Source: Eledone cirrhosa (Eukaryota). From it: 64,000 nt of DNA. The stretch covers positions 73,346,001 to 73,410,000 of the forward strand of contig OZ024747.1 in assembly GCA_964016885.1 (NCBI GenBank), in the 5' to 3' direction. This document shows positions 13,681 through 30,011 of this stretch, in pieces. Both the position numbers and the translations under genes were made by a program. Numbering within the stretch: the stretch's first letter is position 1; each line of letters starts with the position of its first letter. The notes beneath the pieces are model-generated. The model searched no databases. It worked only from the letters and a program-made list of their open reading frames with translations, and was not told the origin of the DNA.

Positions 13681-13948
13681 CTCTCACACACCCACACACA
13701 CAAACACACGCATACATACACGCACATACACACACATAAACATACACAAATAAACACACACACAACTCGCATATATTTACATACATATATTACACACACA
13801 TATATATATATACACTATATTTACAAATATATGCAGTTACAACAGCGACATGTATTTTAACCTGAATTAATTACAAACATATAGTAACACAAAAATAACT
13901 CCTACATAAATATTTTATATATACATACACACCCACGCACAAAAACTC

Positions 13949-14114
<166 letters not shown>

Positions 14115-14209
14115 AATATATATATATATAAATATATATATATAAATATATATGTATATAAATATATATATATAAATATATATATATATGTAATCTTCTT
14201 CTTCTTCTT

Positions 14210-14240
<31 letters not shown>

Positions 14241-14389
14241 AAATCTGAGTCTAGACACACAACGTAGGAGTGAAATTATCACTTCTAGAAACATCTTCCA
14301 ATTTCCGTAGCATCTCCTCTCTAGAAGACGAAAGTATGAGAGAAAGGATATGAAAAAAAAAAAAAAAAAAAGATGTAGAGGAAGGTTCC

Positions 14390-14525
14390 ACCCAGCCCTT
14401 CATTAGTTCTTTGTTATCGACCTGGATAGGATGAAAGGCAATGTTGACCTAAGTAGATTTTGAATTCAGGGAACCGAAACGAATCCCGACAAACATTCTA
14501 CCTGTCGTTCTAACGACTCTATTAA
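14390..14525 (-). mobile_element. tRNA-derived SINE (family B), decayed
   Basis: TTATCGACC...AGGATGAAAGGCAA motif shared with 39460, 39670, 48492 and 57400. Confidence 0.65.
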
Positions 14526-17059
14526 TTTATCGCTATATAATACAATGTATAATCCCCCCAGCACATAGCTATAAATTAATACATTCTTGTATATTGTCTT
14601 CTATAAAGTCTGTTTTAGTCCTCTTCTGTAACTTTCTCGACTGCAGCTTTCCAATTCAATTAGATCATAAAGAGTTGACAAGTTTAAATGGTTTCAAATC
14701 TAAACAATGTATGAAAGCAAGTGCTGGTTGGAGGAAACATTACCTTCCAAACCTAATTCAATTGGGGAAATTACGTTGCTCACAATATGTATATGAATTA
14801 ATTCTGTATGAGAGTTTATTTCTAGACTTGCTTTAAAGCAATTTTGTGTTTGTAATCCATAAAGAGAACTTAATGTATTTCACTTATTCTTATCTTCCTA
14901 AATTCAAATATGCCATGCTCTAAGTATGATGCTGTATGAGACACTTCCAACTGTTACAATGAACTTTTCGAAAACATGGTTCCATTGATTTCCCAAGGAT
15001 GCTACTCCTCCTTAAAGGAAGCAATGTTTGAAAAACTTGTTTTCATTTATTACATAAAAATGTCACTCCAGGTTCAAGGAAACATGGTTCAAAAACATTC
15101 ATATTGCCCCATAAAAAAACAAAACAAAAAGGAAAAGAGATGTGAAATATACACCCAGAATCTTTATTACACCTGTCAACAAGTACCATTTTTACAATAG
15201 AGAAAGGATGATGGATGGAGTAAGTTACAACTTGCAGTATTTAGTTAGGTTAACAGAAATACCGAGTGCCTACATATCCTGAGTACGAAGATCGATGATA
15301 AATGAATATCTATCTATTTTGACACTTGTTTCAATTGTTCAATTAATGGAACGGCTTAATCAATGAATTAGTGTGTGGTAGAGTTTAAATTCTCCAAACA
15401 CGTATACCTTTAACGTAACACCCAGGAAGGACCAGCGTGACAGGTATAGATTAAATTTATTTCACAGGCTTTCATTCACAAGACTGGGGCTGAACCGAGG
15501 TAATGGAAGTATATATTTGACCAAGATATCATATAGTGTGATCGAATTTTGGACGGTGGGTGGTGAGATTTCAAGAGGCGGGTGGAACATTTTGCGGTGA
15601 ATCCTATAACTCTCTGTGTTCTAAGTTCAAAATCCAGTCATCGGAATATTCCCAAATACACAGTGAAATATACTTATGACATTTCATACTCCACTGTTAG
15701 CAGAAATACTAATTATTAGAATAACTGAATGACATAACTTTTTGAGTTTAAGCTCCACCGATGTGCACTTCGACATTAATCCGCAAGGCGCTTGTAAAAA
15801 CCAATGACGTTCAAGACGCATCGAACATGAGAGCAATGTTATGGAAGAGAATACACAACAAATTCGCGAACCTTCAATAGCTGAAGGTGTTATGGCTTAG
15901 CTAGGAGAAATATGCCTAAAATCCTCTTCACAGAGGCCAAAAGGGCGCGAGGAAGTGGGAGATGGAGATTTCGTTCAAATACACTGAGCTAAAAATCATC
16001 TAAGAACCAGATAGTGGTAAAGCAAATGGCCAGAACAAATACCACAGTGTACCCCCGTCCAACACGGCAACGATCCTACCATCTGCCCTAGATTGGTATT
16101 TTGTCTATCAACTCTGGAAGGAGAAATAGCAAAGTTAACCGATGCACCTGGACTCACGACACAACGAGTCTGAATGCAGTTTGCATGGGATATCATGCAA
16201 CACTCTAACGTTTCCGCCAAGTAAATACTTTCAAATTCTCAACATTGCTTCAACTGTAATTTTGTCGTTGATAATAAGCTCCAGCCCAGTTATTAAAACA
16301 ATCCTTAACGAAAGCTTGATAATGAATATTAGGAATATTTGTGGTAAATTGACAGATGTAATAATAAATAATTCATCCTAAAGAATTATTTTTTTCCTGG
16401 GATTGTTTTCAAAAATTTACGTTTTTACAACAATCTTATAAGATATTTATATATTTGTCGTTGTGGTGGTTATGCTGCTTGACAGGTAACTAGCTAACAT
16501 ATTTATTCTACTTTATACTTTCAAGTGACAAATATGATAATATGTACTAAGTAGGCAGCCAACGACTGAATTTAGGAGTGTTCATCTACTGCATTTAAAA
16601 CATTTAAATTGAGCTTTCGCAACTCTCTTAGGATTTGGCAATCTTAAGAACTATATTTATGTCTTTTAGAAAAAAAAAAAAAAAATCGGAAAGAAACCTG
16701 ATTGGATTACAGCCGTTTATCCGACTAAGTGATAATTCATCGTAGAAAACCATTAAAGATCAATAGCTGCAGGGAAATCAATGAATATTTGCAAATCTTT
16801 TAGGAGAGTATTATAGTTTATAAGTAAAAGTGTGTATAAGGAACGTGTTATGCCACTAGATATCTGACAAATCGATATGCATATTTAAGCGTGGAAATTA
16901 TACAAGTAACCCAGAAGTATCACGGATACCTTTCATGTTAATTCTAACTCTTCTCTAACTTTAACAGATATAATGAATGCTAAATATTTCACTAATCTTA
17001 AGTTTTCCGATTGAATAATTAAAACTCCTCCTCCATTGTCCTTCTGGCAAATAAAGAAT

Positions 17060-17152
17060 TTCTTCTTCTTCTTCTTCTTCTTCTTCTTCTTCTTCTTCTT
17101 CTTCTTCTTCTTCTTCTTCTTCTTTTTCTTCTTCTTCTTCTTCTTCTTCTTT

Positions 17153-17221
<69 letters not shown>
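17060..17221. repeat. (CTT)n-(CTA)n compound microsatellite
   Basis: Direct reading. Confidence 0.95.
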
Positions 17222-17223
<2 letters not shown>

Positions 17224-18785
17224 AGGTTTAAACATATTCGCTTCAGCTGCTGGTAATGTCTTCGCTTCGCTTGTTCACAACTCATACTGTTAAGATTTTA
17301 CAACATTCATTTAAATAAAGCACCCTCTTTATTTTTCGAATTGTGTGACCCTCAATTACGCAAAGAAAATTGCCATATAAGCAAAAAAAAAAAAAAAATT
17401 ACCAATACCAAGTTCACCATCATCATCACCACCATCATAAAACTAAAGAAAAAAAGATCACAAAGGGAATATATACTGACCGATTCTCGAGTCCCACAGA
17501 ATAGGTGGTAGTGTGGAAAATCGATAATTTTTCTAGGTTATCTCACTTGATTTTTTTTTAAAACCAGAATTAATCGTTTAGTTTACATATTGACACTCCA
17601 AATGCTTATTCGCCAATCGCAGTCATTAGATTTATTTTCGAACAATTTTCCCCTAAATTGTAAAATATATTACTGTATTATCCCAGAAATACTACTAATT
17701 CACGCTCACCATCAACTAATAGCGTCAACACAAACTACTAGTTCCACCACCAATAATTTGATATCACAAAATTCCCACTAAAAGTGAGAAAAAGAAGATT
17801 AATATTGGAAAACATTTCCATTGGTATAAATATCATCATCATCTCTGTACAAACACCATTACTATAACCAACAACATTACAACTATCATTCGTGTCACAC
17901 AACGAGAAGTATCTGAGTTTGATTAAATGTTCATGATAGCGTGTCCGTATCTGGACTATATTGATAACATAATGGATCTTCTAATCTTGCTCCTCGTTAT
18001 TCATAGTAAAGAGGATGGTGGAAAACAAGTCGGCAGGTGTCAAATGATAAAGAAAAGATATTGCTTTAGATGTGTCCCAGCCACATGATTTCCTATATGA
18101 AATGCTAACACTATCGCTTTGTTGGACTTTTATATAAATATAGATAACCCAGTAGTTCGCCAGCTTCCATTATGTCATATTCGACATGCATCTTAGCTAG
18201 TAATTTTTCGTTTCAATTTTATCCTGGATTCTGCGATAATTTTCCAATTAATTAATGATTCATTGAAATTTCCCATCGCTTCAATTTTTTATCAGTTCTC
18301 ACCGAATCAGAATAAAAAGAAAACTACTCTTTACTTTGTTTTGTTTGCGAGAGCGTAATGATTGTACCATGTGATAGCGTGTATAAAGATGGGATTAAGG
18401 GTTAATCTATTAAACATACTGCTCTCTAAACATCTCATGCTACACGACAAAGATGTTAATTTGTAGATATTTGACATAATGTTCAAGTAGAATACTTTGT
18501 TAAAGAAACCTCATAATTGTACTAGCCAGCCCTTAAGAATTACTGGTATTTACGTCATATTCATTAAATTCAATTCAATTTTAAACATTCCTTGTCATAA
18601 TTCAATAACATAATTCAATAACAGTTACAACTTAGCCCACACAAATTGCTGGTATGTACGTAATATACATTAATTTCAATTCAATTTTAAACTTTGTTAT
18701 ATTTCAATAATAGTTGATATTACTTTATATTGACTTGTTATTTGAACAGATTTTAATTCGTCAATGTACGCAATTTTGTCAGTAA

Positions 18786-19270
18786 ATGTCAGGAGATATT
18801 GAAAGATGTTGGGTAAATTTCTTGAAAAAGAAGCAAGGCAATGGCTTTTGAAATTCGTAGAAATAATCTCAATACTCAATCGCAATGGACAGCTGTTAAA
18901 ACAGTCGAATGCTGTCAATGACAACAACACATAAATAGGGCAAATATACCTCCAAGGACAGAAACTAGGGGCCAGAGGTCAGCTGGTCTCCTTTTGTCTT
19001 CTTTCTTGTTATTTCTGCATGCCAACGCACTTCTCTTCCTCTCTCGATCCATTGTCTTTCATCTACCTGTCACTCAACCCACAGTTTTGCTTTTCTCTTT
19101 GACGACAACTGTATGTTGGTTTCTGTCCTTGGAGATATTTTCACCCAACTTCCATGCTGCTGTCATTGACGGCATTTCGCTGTTTTAACAACTGTTTCTT
19201 GCGTTCCAGTTTTCAAATTATTTCTGTGAATTTCAAACACGCTCACCCATTGTCTCGATATTCGAGACAT
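18786..19270. mobile_element. Old MITE-like element with long imperfect terminal inverted repeats
   Basis: 18850-18965 is the reverse complement of ~19119-19235 (CTCCAAGGACAGAAAC / GTTTCTGTCCTTGGAG; TGTCAATGAC / GTCATTGACG); non-coding core. Confidence 0.7.
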
Positions 19271-20044
19271 CAATATTTATTTATTTGCAATGATTTTATT
19301 TTCAATTTTCTATTTTCAATTTCCTTTATCATTTCATTAAGAGGTAACAGGAAACAATTATGTAAGCACAACATTATGACACCACACTTCTCTTGCACAC
19401 TACATAGAACTGACATTGTAATATTTATTATATGGGAACTAAGTATCCATAAGATAAACTAGACATTTCAATTTGTTTAAATTTCCGAAAGCCATTAAGA
19501 AAATGAAGTTGAGACTCAGTGATTAGTATTATAGTGCACCATGTCAGCTATAATCTAGAGCTGAACTTAAAGGAAATATATCCAATATGCTAGTCATGGA
19601 AATTAGTCATTGAAAACAGGGTATACGGAAACTGATTAGGTTTGCAATATGCTCTTAATTCAAAGGACCAGGCATGTCCCGCACTGTGCTGCATTGCAAA
19701 TAAGTGAGAATTACATTATGGGTACGAGTCTCAGCAGGAAGCTCAGTGATTTCCACATTAATTTTCCAAGCAGACCGTTCCGTTGAACTCAGCTTCGAAA
19801 CTGATTCAGGTCAATTTTGAAGCTAGATTATTATTATTCATTAATTGATATTATCGCTTATTGAACAAAGTGAAGCTATTGACAGCCGAATATGTACCCA
19901 TCTTTCTATTCCATGGCACCTACCTAAAGTATGCCTTGTTTGCAAAGCGTATTTGAATGCTGTTAAATTTGAGACTGATCTGGATTTCATAAGTATATAA
20001 GGAATTAACAAACTTAATTTTAGTATAGTTATCCATTAGTTATG

Positions 20045-20800
<756 letters not shown>

Positions 20801-21307
20801 AATATATATATATACTGAGGGAGAGGGAGACTGAGAGAGAGAGAGAGAGAGAGATAGATAGATAGAGAGAGAGAGAGAGGAGGGATATAAACCTGGGTGG
20901 CCGTTGGCGTATTTTTCATCTTTGTCATTATATATATATAAATACATTGTAAAACGGAGAAACATGAAACTAGAAAAATGCACTAATATGCAGATGCATG
21001 CATTAAACATGTAGATATCCAGTGGTGCAATATAGTATATCGCAGAAGCAGATCTGAAACTCGACACCCAACAGAGCTTCTGAGCGTTAACAATTGAAAT
21101 GTTTCACTGTTCCATTCAATAAAGATATATTTCAAATGACATAACAGCATTAGCCGTTGTGTAATGGAATATTGGACAGGAGCATGAAGAGATTGTATAC
21201 ACTGACGTCAACAGAACATCGAAAAATATTGTTGCTTCTATTATATAATGAGTAATTACCTATCAAGTATTAATGCTTTGTACATGTAGACAAAATATTT
21301 TCTATTC

Positions 21308-21395
21308 GTACATGTGTCTGTGTGTACATGTGTCTGTGTGTACATGTGTCTGTGTGTACATGTGTCTGTGTGTACATGTGTCTGTGTGTACATGT
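21308..21395. repeat. 16-bp tandem repeat GTACATGTGTCTGTGT, about 5 copies
   Basis: Direct reading. Confidence 0.9.
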
Positions 21396-21489
21396 GTGTG
21401 CTCATATATATATATATATATATAGAGTTGTAAATGTGCATTTACATATAGATCTATTATATATATATATATATATATTTATATATGTT

Positions 21490-21693
21490 TAGTAATTCCG
21501 TCGGAAAGGTCCAGGAAAAAGAGTGCTCTATGTAGGTTACAGAGCTTAATAGTTATATTACTATTAAGTAATATTTAATAACTATTAAGCTCTGTAACCT
21601 GCATAGAGCACTCTTTTTTCCTGGACCTTTCCGACGGAATTACTACATTTATACAGCTCCAACCGGGATTGATTGAAGCATATTCTATATTAC
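21490..21693 (+). mobile_element. Fold-back element in (TA)n (family F4)
   Basis: ~67-bp arms 21490-21556 / 21578-21645, ~48-nt tail; no HHR core retained. Confidence 0.82.
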
Positions 21694-21778
21694 ATATATG
21701 ATTGGTACTTTCCAGCCCGATTAGTTAAGCACTCTACAGTTTTCAGGAATTTAATAACTATATATATATAATATATGT

Positions 21779-22641
21779 ATACGATATATTAACAAATGGA
21801 AACTATATTTATAAAACCATATTTATTTCATTATACATATTTCAAGGACACCAAGTTAAATTATGGTGTGCTTTCATCATATAAAATATAATATAGATCA
21901 GTTTTATAAATAAATATTGACATACCCTTAAAGAATGCGACCATTTCTGTTGGAAGCTACCGGATAGTGGGGTTATAAATTTATTTATACTATTATGCAA
22001 ATTAGTGTCGGATATCACAGTAGATTTAAAATAAGCCGTTGCGGTATGGAGAGAGGGAAAGAGACAAAAGAGAAAAAAGAAAAAAGAAAAAAGAAAAAAG
22101 AAAAAAGAAAAAAGAAAAAAGAAAAAAGAAAAAAGAAAAAAGAAAAAAGAAAAAAAAGAAAAAAGAAAAAAGGAAAAAGAAAAAAAAGAAAAAAGAAAAA
22201 AGAAAAAAGAAAAAAGAAAAAAGAAAAAAAGAAAAAAAGAAAAAAGAAAAAAGATAAAAGAAAAAAAGAAAAAAAGAAAAAAAGAAAAAAAGAAAAAAAG
22301 AAAAAAAGAAAACAAGAAAAAAAGCAGCTTTAAGAGGAAAATAAGAAAACAAGAAAAAGAGAAAGAGAGAAAGAGAAGAAAAAGAAAAGAGAATGTCAAT
22401 ATTTATTTATAAAACTGATCTATATTATATTTTATCTGGTGAAAGCACAGCATAATTTAACTTGGTGTCCTTGAAATATGTATAATGAAATAAATATGGT
22501 TTTATAAATATAGTTTTATAAATATAGTTTCTATTTGTTAATATATCGTATTTTTACTCCAATAATTTGTTGAATGCTTTATATCAGTTATAAAAATATT
22601 TGCTTGTTGTATCCCAACAATTTAAATAGAACTTCTACATT
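21779..22641. mobile_element. Fold-back element (family F5, copy 1) with (AAAAAAG)n in the spacer
   Basis: Arms 21779-21923 / 22393-22551; tail 22552-22641; HHR with one core change per arm (AUGAUGA; CUGGUGA at 22436-22442); homologous to 34789-35176. Confidence 0.85.
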
Positions 22642-22683
22642 TAATATATGTATATATATGTATACATATATATATATACATAT

Positions 22684-22714
<31 letters not shown>

Positions 22715-22749
22715 TAATATATGTATATATATATATAAATATATATATA

Positions 22750-22769
22750 TTTTTTTCATTTTATTTTCT

Positions 22770-22818
<49 letters not shown>

Positions 22819-23056
22819 AAAGAATGAAACGAAATTTCATTTCTCACTCTTAGTACGGCTGATACCTAAATATAAGTATGTATACGTATATACATATATG
22901 TGTACAGACGTACAGTAGTATGTATATATATACATACATGCACACATATTTTCAAACAAACCGAACATTATTATAAATATATATATGTGTGCATGTGTGT
23001 ATAATATATGTATATATATATATAAATATATATATATTTTTTTCATTTTATTTTCT

Positions 23057-23105
<49 letters not shown>

Positions 23106-23400
23106 AAAGAATGAAACGAAATTTCATTTCTCACTCTTAGTACGGCTGATACCTAAATATAAGTATGTATACGTATATACATATATGTGTACAGACGTAC
23201 AGTAGTATGTATATATATACATACATGCACACATATTTTCAAACAAACCGAACATTATTATAAATATATATATGTGTGCATGTGTGTATATATATATACA
23301 TACTACTGTACGTCTGTACACATACATACGTATACATACTTATATTTATATATATGTATATATATATATATATAAAGAGAAAATAAAATGAAAAAAAATA
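22750..23400. repeat. 287-bp direct duplication with nested inversions
   Basis: 22837 and 23124 segments match at 287-bp offset; ~23270-23350 inverts ~23154-23236; 23373-23400 inverts 23036-23060. Confidence 0.8.
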
Positions 23401-23570
23401 TTCTCATGCAGATTCAACTACACAGCTATCTATCATAGTTGTATCATGTCAACGTTCAGGAGATAAACATTTCGCTGAACAAGAATAAATATTAGTTGGT
23501 CTTTTGCATATGGCGTATTTATTCGAATGGCACTGGTACATACACACCTAATTGCATACACACACACGCA

Positions 23571-23693
<123 letters not shown>

Positions 23694-23787
23694 GTGTAGA
23701 TTCCGTCTAGTCCCGTCGCTACCCACACACTCAATGAATTTACAAATATCGCATGTAGATACGAACTTTCAACTCATACGTACGTAC

Positions 23788-23825
<38 letters not shown>

Positions 23826-24057
23826 ATATACAAATATACATACACACATACACACACATACACAAACAAACGAATACACAAACACACACACACACATATA
23901 TATATATATAAACACACACACACATATCTATATATAAACACACACACATATATATAAACACACACACACATATATATATATATAAACACACACACACATA
24001 TCTATCTATATAAACACACTCACACACACATATATATATATATATAAACACTCACAC

Positions 24058-24092
<35 letters not shown>

Positions 24093-24273
24093 AACACACA
24101 CACATATATATATAAACACACATATATATATATATAAACACACACACACACATATATATATATAAACACACACACATATATATATATAAACACACATATA
24201 TATATATAAACACACACACACATATATATATATAAACACACACATATATATAAACACACACACATATATATAA

Positions 24274-24304
<31 letters not shown>

Positions 24305-24669
24305 AACACATACACATATATATAAACACACACACATGTATATATAAACACACACACATATATATATATATAAATGTGTGTGTGTATATAAACATTTATG
24401 TATATAAACATTTCCTATGGTTGTCTAACGTTATTCTGTAAGCGGTTAGCTTGTCATTGCGTGTATAAGGAAGATCTTCAGAAATACTACAAATAGCAGA
24501 GAACATAGTAACAGGTTTTTAAATATTGGCGATAATCATAAAAATTAATAAGACTCTGTGAAAATCTAAGAGGAAATCCGGGATTGAGTTGACCGATTGT
24601 TTATTTTAGATTGAAAGTGCATATACCATAACGTATCTTGATTTGTTCAATATCAAATAACAGAATCAA

Positions 24670-25260
24670 TTATAAACACACACACAGCACTCACATACTG
24701 CAAATACTGCACACTGAAAACACTGAAAACACACATTGCACACGCATACACACATGGAAAACACGTAGTGCACACACATACACACATGGAAAACACGTAC
24801 TGCACACACATACACACTGAACACACACACTGCACACACACTGAAAACACACACTGCACACATATACACACATGGAAAACACGTACTGCACACACATACA
24901 CACTGAAAACACACACACTGCACACACATACACACATGGAAAACACGTACTGCACACACATACACACATGGAAAATACATACTGCACACACATGCACACA
25001 TGGAAAATACATACTGCACACACATACACACATGGAAAACACATAAACACATACTGCACACACATACATACAGCGCAAACACAAAACACACATACCACAC
25101 ACAACACACATACATAGCACGCGCACACATTCAGGCATACTCAGCACACACATACACAGAAACATACACGCATCACACACACTGAAACACACCCACGCTG
25201 ATATACACACAAACACATACACAACACACCCATCCACACGTAGGCATGCACACACACACA
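24670..25260. repeat. CA-rich ~30-bp minisatellite (ACACATGGAAAACACGTACTGCACACACAT-like)
   Basis: Direct reading. Confidence 0.85.
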
Positions 25261-26129
25261 CACGTGACTATTTCCGTTGTTTGTTCAAATGAATAGCTAG
25301 GTCATTGATTCATAAAGTACCTGAACATTACACAAACACGTGTACCCTTAAGTAAAACCAGCAAGCTATGGTGTGGCTCCTTGAGTTACATAGACAGTCG
25401 GCCTGACACAGCTTTCGTTCCGGTTAATGTCTCGTTTGGTTTAAGTATAGATTATGGCACAGTAGATGGAGCCCCGAGGCACTGGAGTAAGATGAAACTA
25501 CAATGATCACGATTGGCACATCAACTCCTTACTTAGTCGAGGATGCCGGCCCCCTCATATATATATATATATATATATATACACATCTACCCACGTAGTC
25601 CTCATCGTATATATATATATATAAGTGCTTAAACATGTTTGCATATAAACACACACATACACACAGTTACACGGTCTAAACACACACATACACACAGTTA
25701 CACGATTACACAAAGACACACACACATACTCACACATATACTCACACAAACAAACAGACTCACGCACACACACACATACTCACACACTCACACAGGCTCA
25801 TGCAGACACACACACACACACACACAGAATTCGTAGCTATTTACATAAGAAAACCTATTCCTGATAACGGATGGTGATGACGTAGTTTTTCCTATGTGAG
25901 AAGAAATTATTTTGAATTTCAGATAATTGGTTGTGAGTTAAATTTTAATTTATGAAGTTGAAAATGTCTGAATATATAACAGAGATGGGGAAAAGGAGGG
26001 GAAAAAGGAAACAAAATACATGAAGGAGGAGGGGGTGGGGTGAAAAGGAGAAGAATAAGAAGGTGAAGAAGTATCGGATAGAAAGAGAAAGGAGAAAACA
26101 ATGAAGAATATATTTCTTCTTCTTTTTCT

Positions 26130-26239
<110 letters not shown>

Positions 26240-26552
26240 GTATAACCCCATATTTTCTTCCTTACACTTAAATTGAAATTAAATTCACTATCAATTATCT
26301 GAAATATAATTTATCAATATCTTCTCACATAGTTAAATCATCACTAACTTCATCACATTTATGAAAAAAGTGTTTCTTGTATACAAATGCTGCTTTCTGG
26401 TCTCTGTTTACATATTCAGCAACAATGGGAAATTGAATTCCTAGCGAACTTGATGTGTATAATTGCTTTGACTTTACAAGAATCGAGTCCTTCATCAATA
26501 AATGAATGCTTTTTACATGTATTTATGTTATCTCTTTCTCTTAATTTCGAGT

Positions 26553-27030
26553 ATATTTTTTGACCGGCCACCTTCTTGGTGGCAAGGTTGTAAAAGAAAA
26601 GAAATTGTCATCCCTTGAATCGCAAGAATGTTTTGCAAATTTTGAAGGTGCCAGCTATCGCAGCCATTTGTTGACTATGAATTAGGGAGCTGCGCTCTTT
26701 GTCCGCAAATCCAAGTTCAGTTATACATTGGTCTAAGCGGGTTGGTATATAACCCGTAGCTCCAATAATGATGGGTATGAAGCTAAAGGTGTATCTTGGA
26801 TACTGGATTTGTAAACTCCTCATCAATGGTCCGTAGATGTCCTCCTTCTCCTGTATTTTTCTGACAACGTTTACATCAAGTGGGCAGCTGATCTCCACAA
26901 CAGAACACGTTTTCAATGTGTGGTCCCAAACAACAATATCAGGCCGGTTGTGCTTTAATTTGGTGGCAGTTTTTATTATCAAATTCCATCAGCATTCCTT
27001 AGTGCCATCTGTCTCAATATATTCTTCCTC
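26553..27030 (-). mobile_element. 3' fragment of an RLE-encoding non-LTR retrotransposon (R4/Dong-like)
   Basis: KLKHNRPDIVVWD...VVEISCPLDVN...KEDIYGPL...IPIIIGATG, a PD-(D/E)xK restriction-like endonuclease; upstream frame [15 protein letters not shown]. Confidence 0.85.
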
Positions 27031-27390
27031 GTATGTATGTATGTATGTATGTATGTATGTATGTATGTATGTATGTATGTATGTATGTATGTATGTATGT
27101 ATGTATGTATGTATGTATGTGTGTAAGTATGTATGTGTGTGTGGGTATGTATGTACGTATGTATGTATGTATGTATGTATGTATGTATGTATGTATGTAT
27201 GTATGTATGTATGTGTGAATGTATGTATGTGTGTGTATGTATGTATGTATGTATGTATGTATGTATGTATGTATGTATGTATGTATGTATGTATGTATGT
27301 ATGTATGTATGTATGTGTGTATGTATGTATGTATGTATGTATGTATGTATGTATGTATGTATGTATGTATGTATGTGTGTATGTATGTGT
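27031..27390. repeat. (GTAT)n microsatellite
   Basis: Direct reading. Confidence 0.95.
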
Positions 27391-27789
27391 GTTATGTAAG
27401 GCCGCTCTTCAGCGCTACTGGTAACATGTAACCCAGTACAATCTGTACATGGTGGTGTCGTCGGTGGCTCAACCGGCAACCCCACCAAGCTTGCTTGGCG
27501 AGGAGGGTGATTTTGGAAACCCTGTGGGATGAACAACAAAACCCGTCAAAGGAACTCAGGATAGTCAATAGCTATCAAATAAAGTTTTTTTTTTGTGAGA
27601 GAGACTCCTAGTCTACATTGAGACATCTCTCTAGCAGAAGGTCACTCTGATATAAAACCTGTGACTTCACTTGCATCCAATGATGTTGACCAGTTCTTCG
27701 TTTTGGATAAATGCATTCGAAGTTAAGAGAGTGAGATTGGCCTCACTTAAAAAAAGCTTCAAGGAGAGGCATCGCTTTATATGTTCTCA

Positions 27790-27920
27790 ATACCCTCAGA
27801 GTGAACTAGAGCAACGTGAAATAAAGTGTCTTGCTGAAGGACATAATTCGCTGCCGGTTTCGGACTCACAACTTTGTGATTGTAAACCTAACGTTGTGAT
27901 CACTATGCCATGTCCCTTCT
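27790..27920 (-). mobile_element. SINE family A 5' part
   Basis: GAGCAACGTGAAATAAAGTGTCTTGCTGAAGGACA matches the reverse complement of the 1595/3060 motif; tRNA-like head. Confidence 0.65.
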
Positions 27921-28078
27921 CGTAAAGGGACATGTCATACACACACACACGCACACACACACTTACACACACACATATATATATATATACATATATATAT
28001 ATACAACACACACGTATATATATATATAATATATATATATATACTACACACACACACACCTATATATATATATATATT

Positions 28079-28156
<78 letters not shown>

Positions 28157-28169
28157 CTTTCTTTTTATT

Positions 28170-28215
<46 letters not shown>

Positions 28216-29363
28216 TACACAAACACATATAATATAGTATAACATTTTGAATCAGGTGTGTTGTATAGAAAGACAATAACAACATGCTAAAGTTGAATCT
28301 TCAGAACAGTTTAGAATGAAATGTTTCATATGTAATTATATTTTCTTCTCAGAAGATGTTTCAATCAATTGATCGTCATTTTGCCCAAACTTGTCTTTGT
28401 GTACTTTCTGACCATGAAAACCAAGTTATCTAATAATACTATACATTAGTATTGTATTTGTAGTATCCTTGTGATGTAATGATGAACACGTAGATGTTTT
28501 TGACAAACACCCTTCAGAATAATGATGAGGCTTTATTGCAATAATAAATAATATAGAAATAATATATGTTGCACCAGAATGTATGTAATAGCGTTGCGTC
28601 CTCTTGTTCCTTCTATAATATAAAAATAATTCAAGTAATGCATATGTGATACATTAAAATAATATTTCTTATTTCTTAAGTGTGTAGGAAGTCAAAGATC
28701 CAAAAGATGAAGGGAGATTCAGCCTCTGGAAACACTTGTTACTGATTTTAAGTAAATATGCTGTTATTTCTTTCTTCAGAAACAACCGATATTGCCTTTG
28801 AAGATTGACATATTACTATAATCCCTTGCGTAAATTTAATAGTCTGTGAATCTTAGATGCAATTGGAATTTTATACGTTGTTTTTCAGTATTTAAGGTTT
28901 GTCCGAAGGAAATCTATAGTTATCTAAATGAGGGAGAAATCTTAGATGTAATGGAAATATTTTCGTCCTTCTTGAAATATTTATTTTTATTACAGTCAAT
29001 AGAATATGGCAACATATGTAGAAATGCTGATAAGCAGAGCTGGCTGAGAATTTCAAACTATAAACTTGAAATACATCGTATACCCCGCAAACAATGCTTT
29101 TTATCAGCTTGTATAATAAAAAGATTTTAAGTGTTCGACATCTCAAATTGAAATTGTGTATATAGCACAAAGAAGAAAAACAATTTAAAACCATCTATGT
29201 GGCCAAATATGACAGGATATAGTGAGGTAAATAAAAACGTAGTCACATATTCTGTTATTCTCATCGAAAGTAAGGATTATGTTTCCAGTAACACTTCCAT
29301 CTGAGAAGTTGAGATTTAGAAGAGCAAGTTGTAATTATAATGTAGCAGGAAAATAGCAGACAA

Positions 29364-29533
29364 GGGCTAGTGTGATGAGGAACGACAACGGCTAGTGTGG
29401 TGAGGAACGACAGCGGCTAGTGTGGTGAGGAACGACAGCGGCTAGTGTGGTGAGGAACGACAGCGGCTAGTGTGGTGAGGAACGACAGCGGCTAGTGTGG
29501 TGAGGAACGACAGCGGCTAGTGTGGTGAGGAAC
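29364..29533. repeat. 25-bp tandem repeat GGCTAGTGTGGTGAGGAACGACAGC, about 7 copies
   Basis: Direct reading. Confidence 0.95.
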
Positions 29534-29902
29534 AGACGATGCTTTAATATCGATAGAAAAAATGGAGCAAAATCATCACGTCTAATGATGCAAAATTCCG
29601 GTAGGCTACAATTAAAAAGAATTAAAAATTAAATATTAAAAATTAAGTGTTTATCTTTCTTAATTTTACATTTTTAATTTTTAATTCTTTTTAATTCTTT
29701 TTAACTGTAATATTCAGCATTTGTTAAGATGGATTACACCGATACATCGAAACTGGTTATATTTTATATATTTTATATACATTATAAAACTCCTTTAAAA
29801 AAAAAAAATTGTTCCTCTCATGTGTTCAATAATGTCACTTTGACGAATCAAAGAGGAAAAAAAGAAAAGATCCTTAAATATATTTTTCATGTTATATCCA
29901 AT

Positions 29903-30011
<109 letters not shown>

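Noticed and set aside
14594-15200. Possible decayed transposase or exon
   Set aside because: Complex-looking sequence, but no recognisable motif or consistent frame
28688-28751. Possible plus-strand micro-exon EVKDPKDEGRFSLWKHLL
   Set aside because: Weak splice signals, no partner exon and no recognisable homology
29364-29533. CRISPR-like repeats
   Set aside because: Contiguous 25-bp units with no spacers
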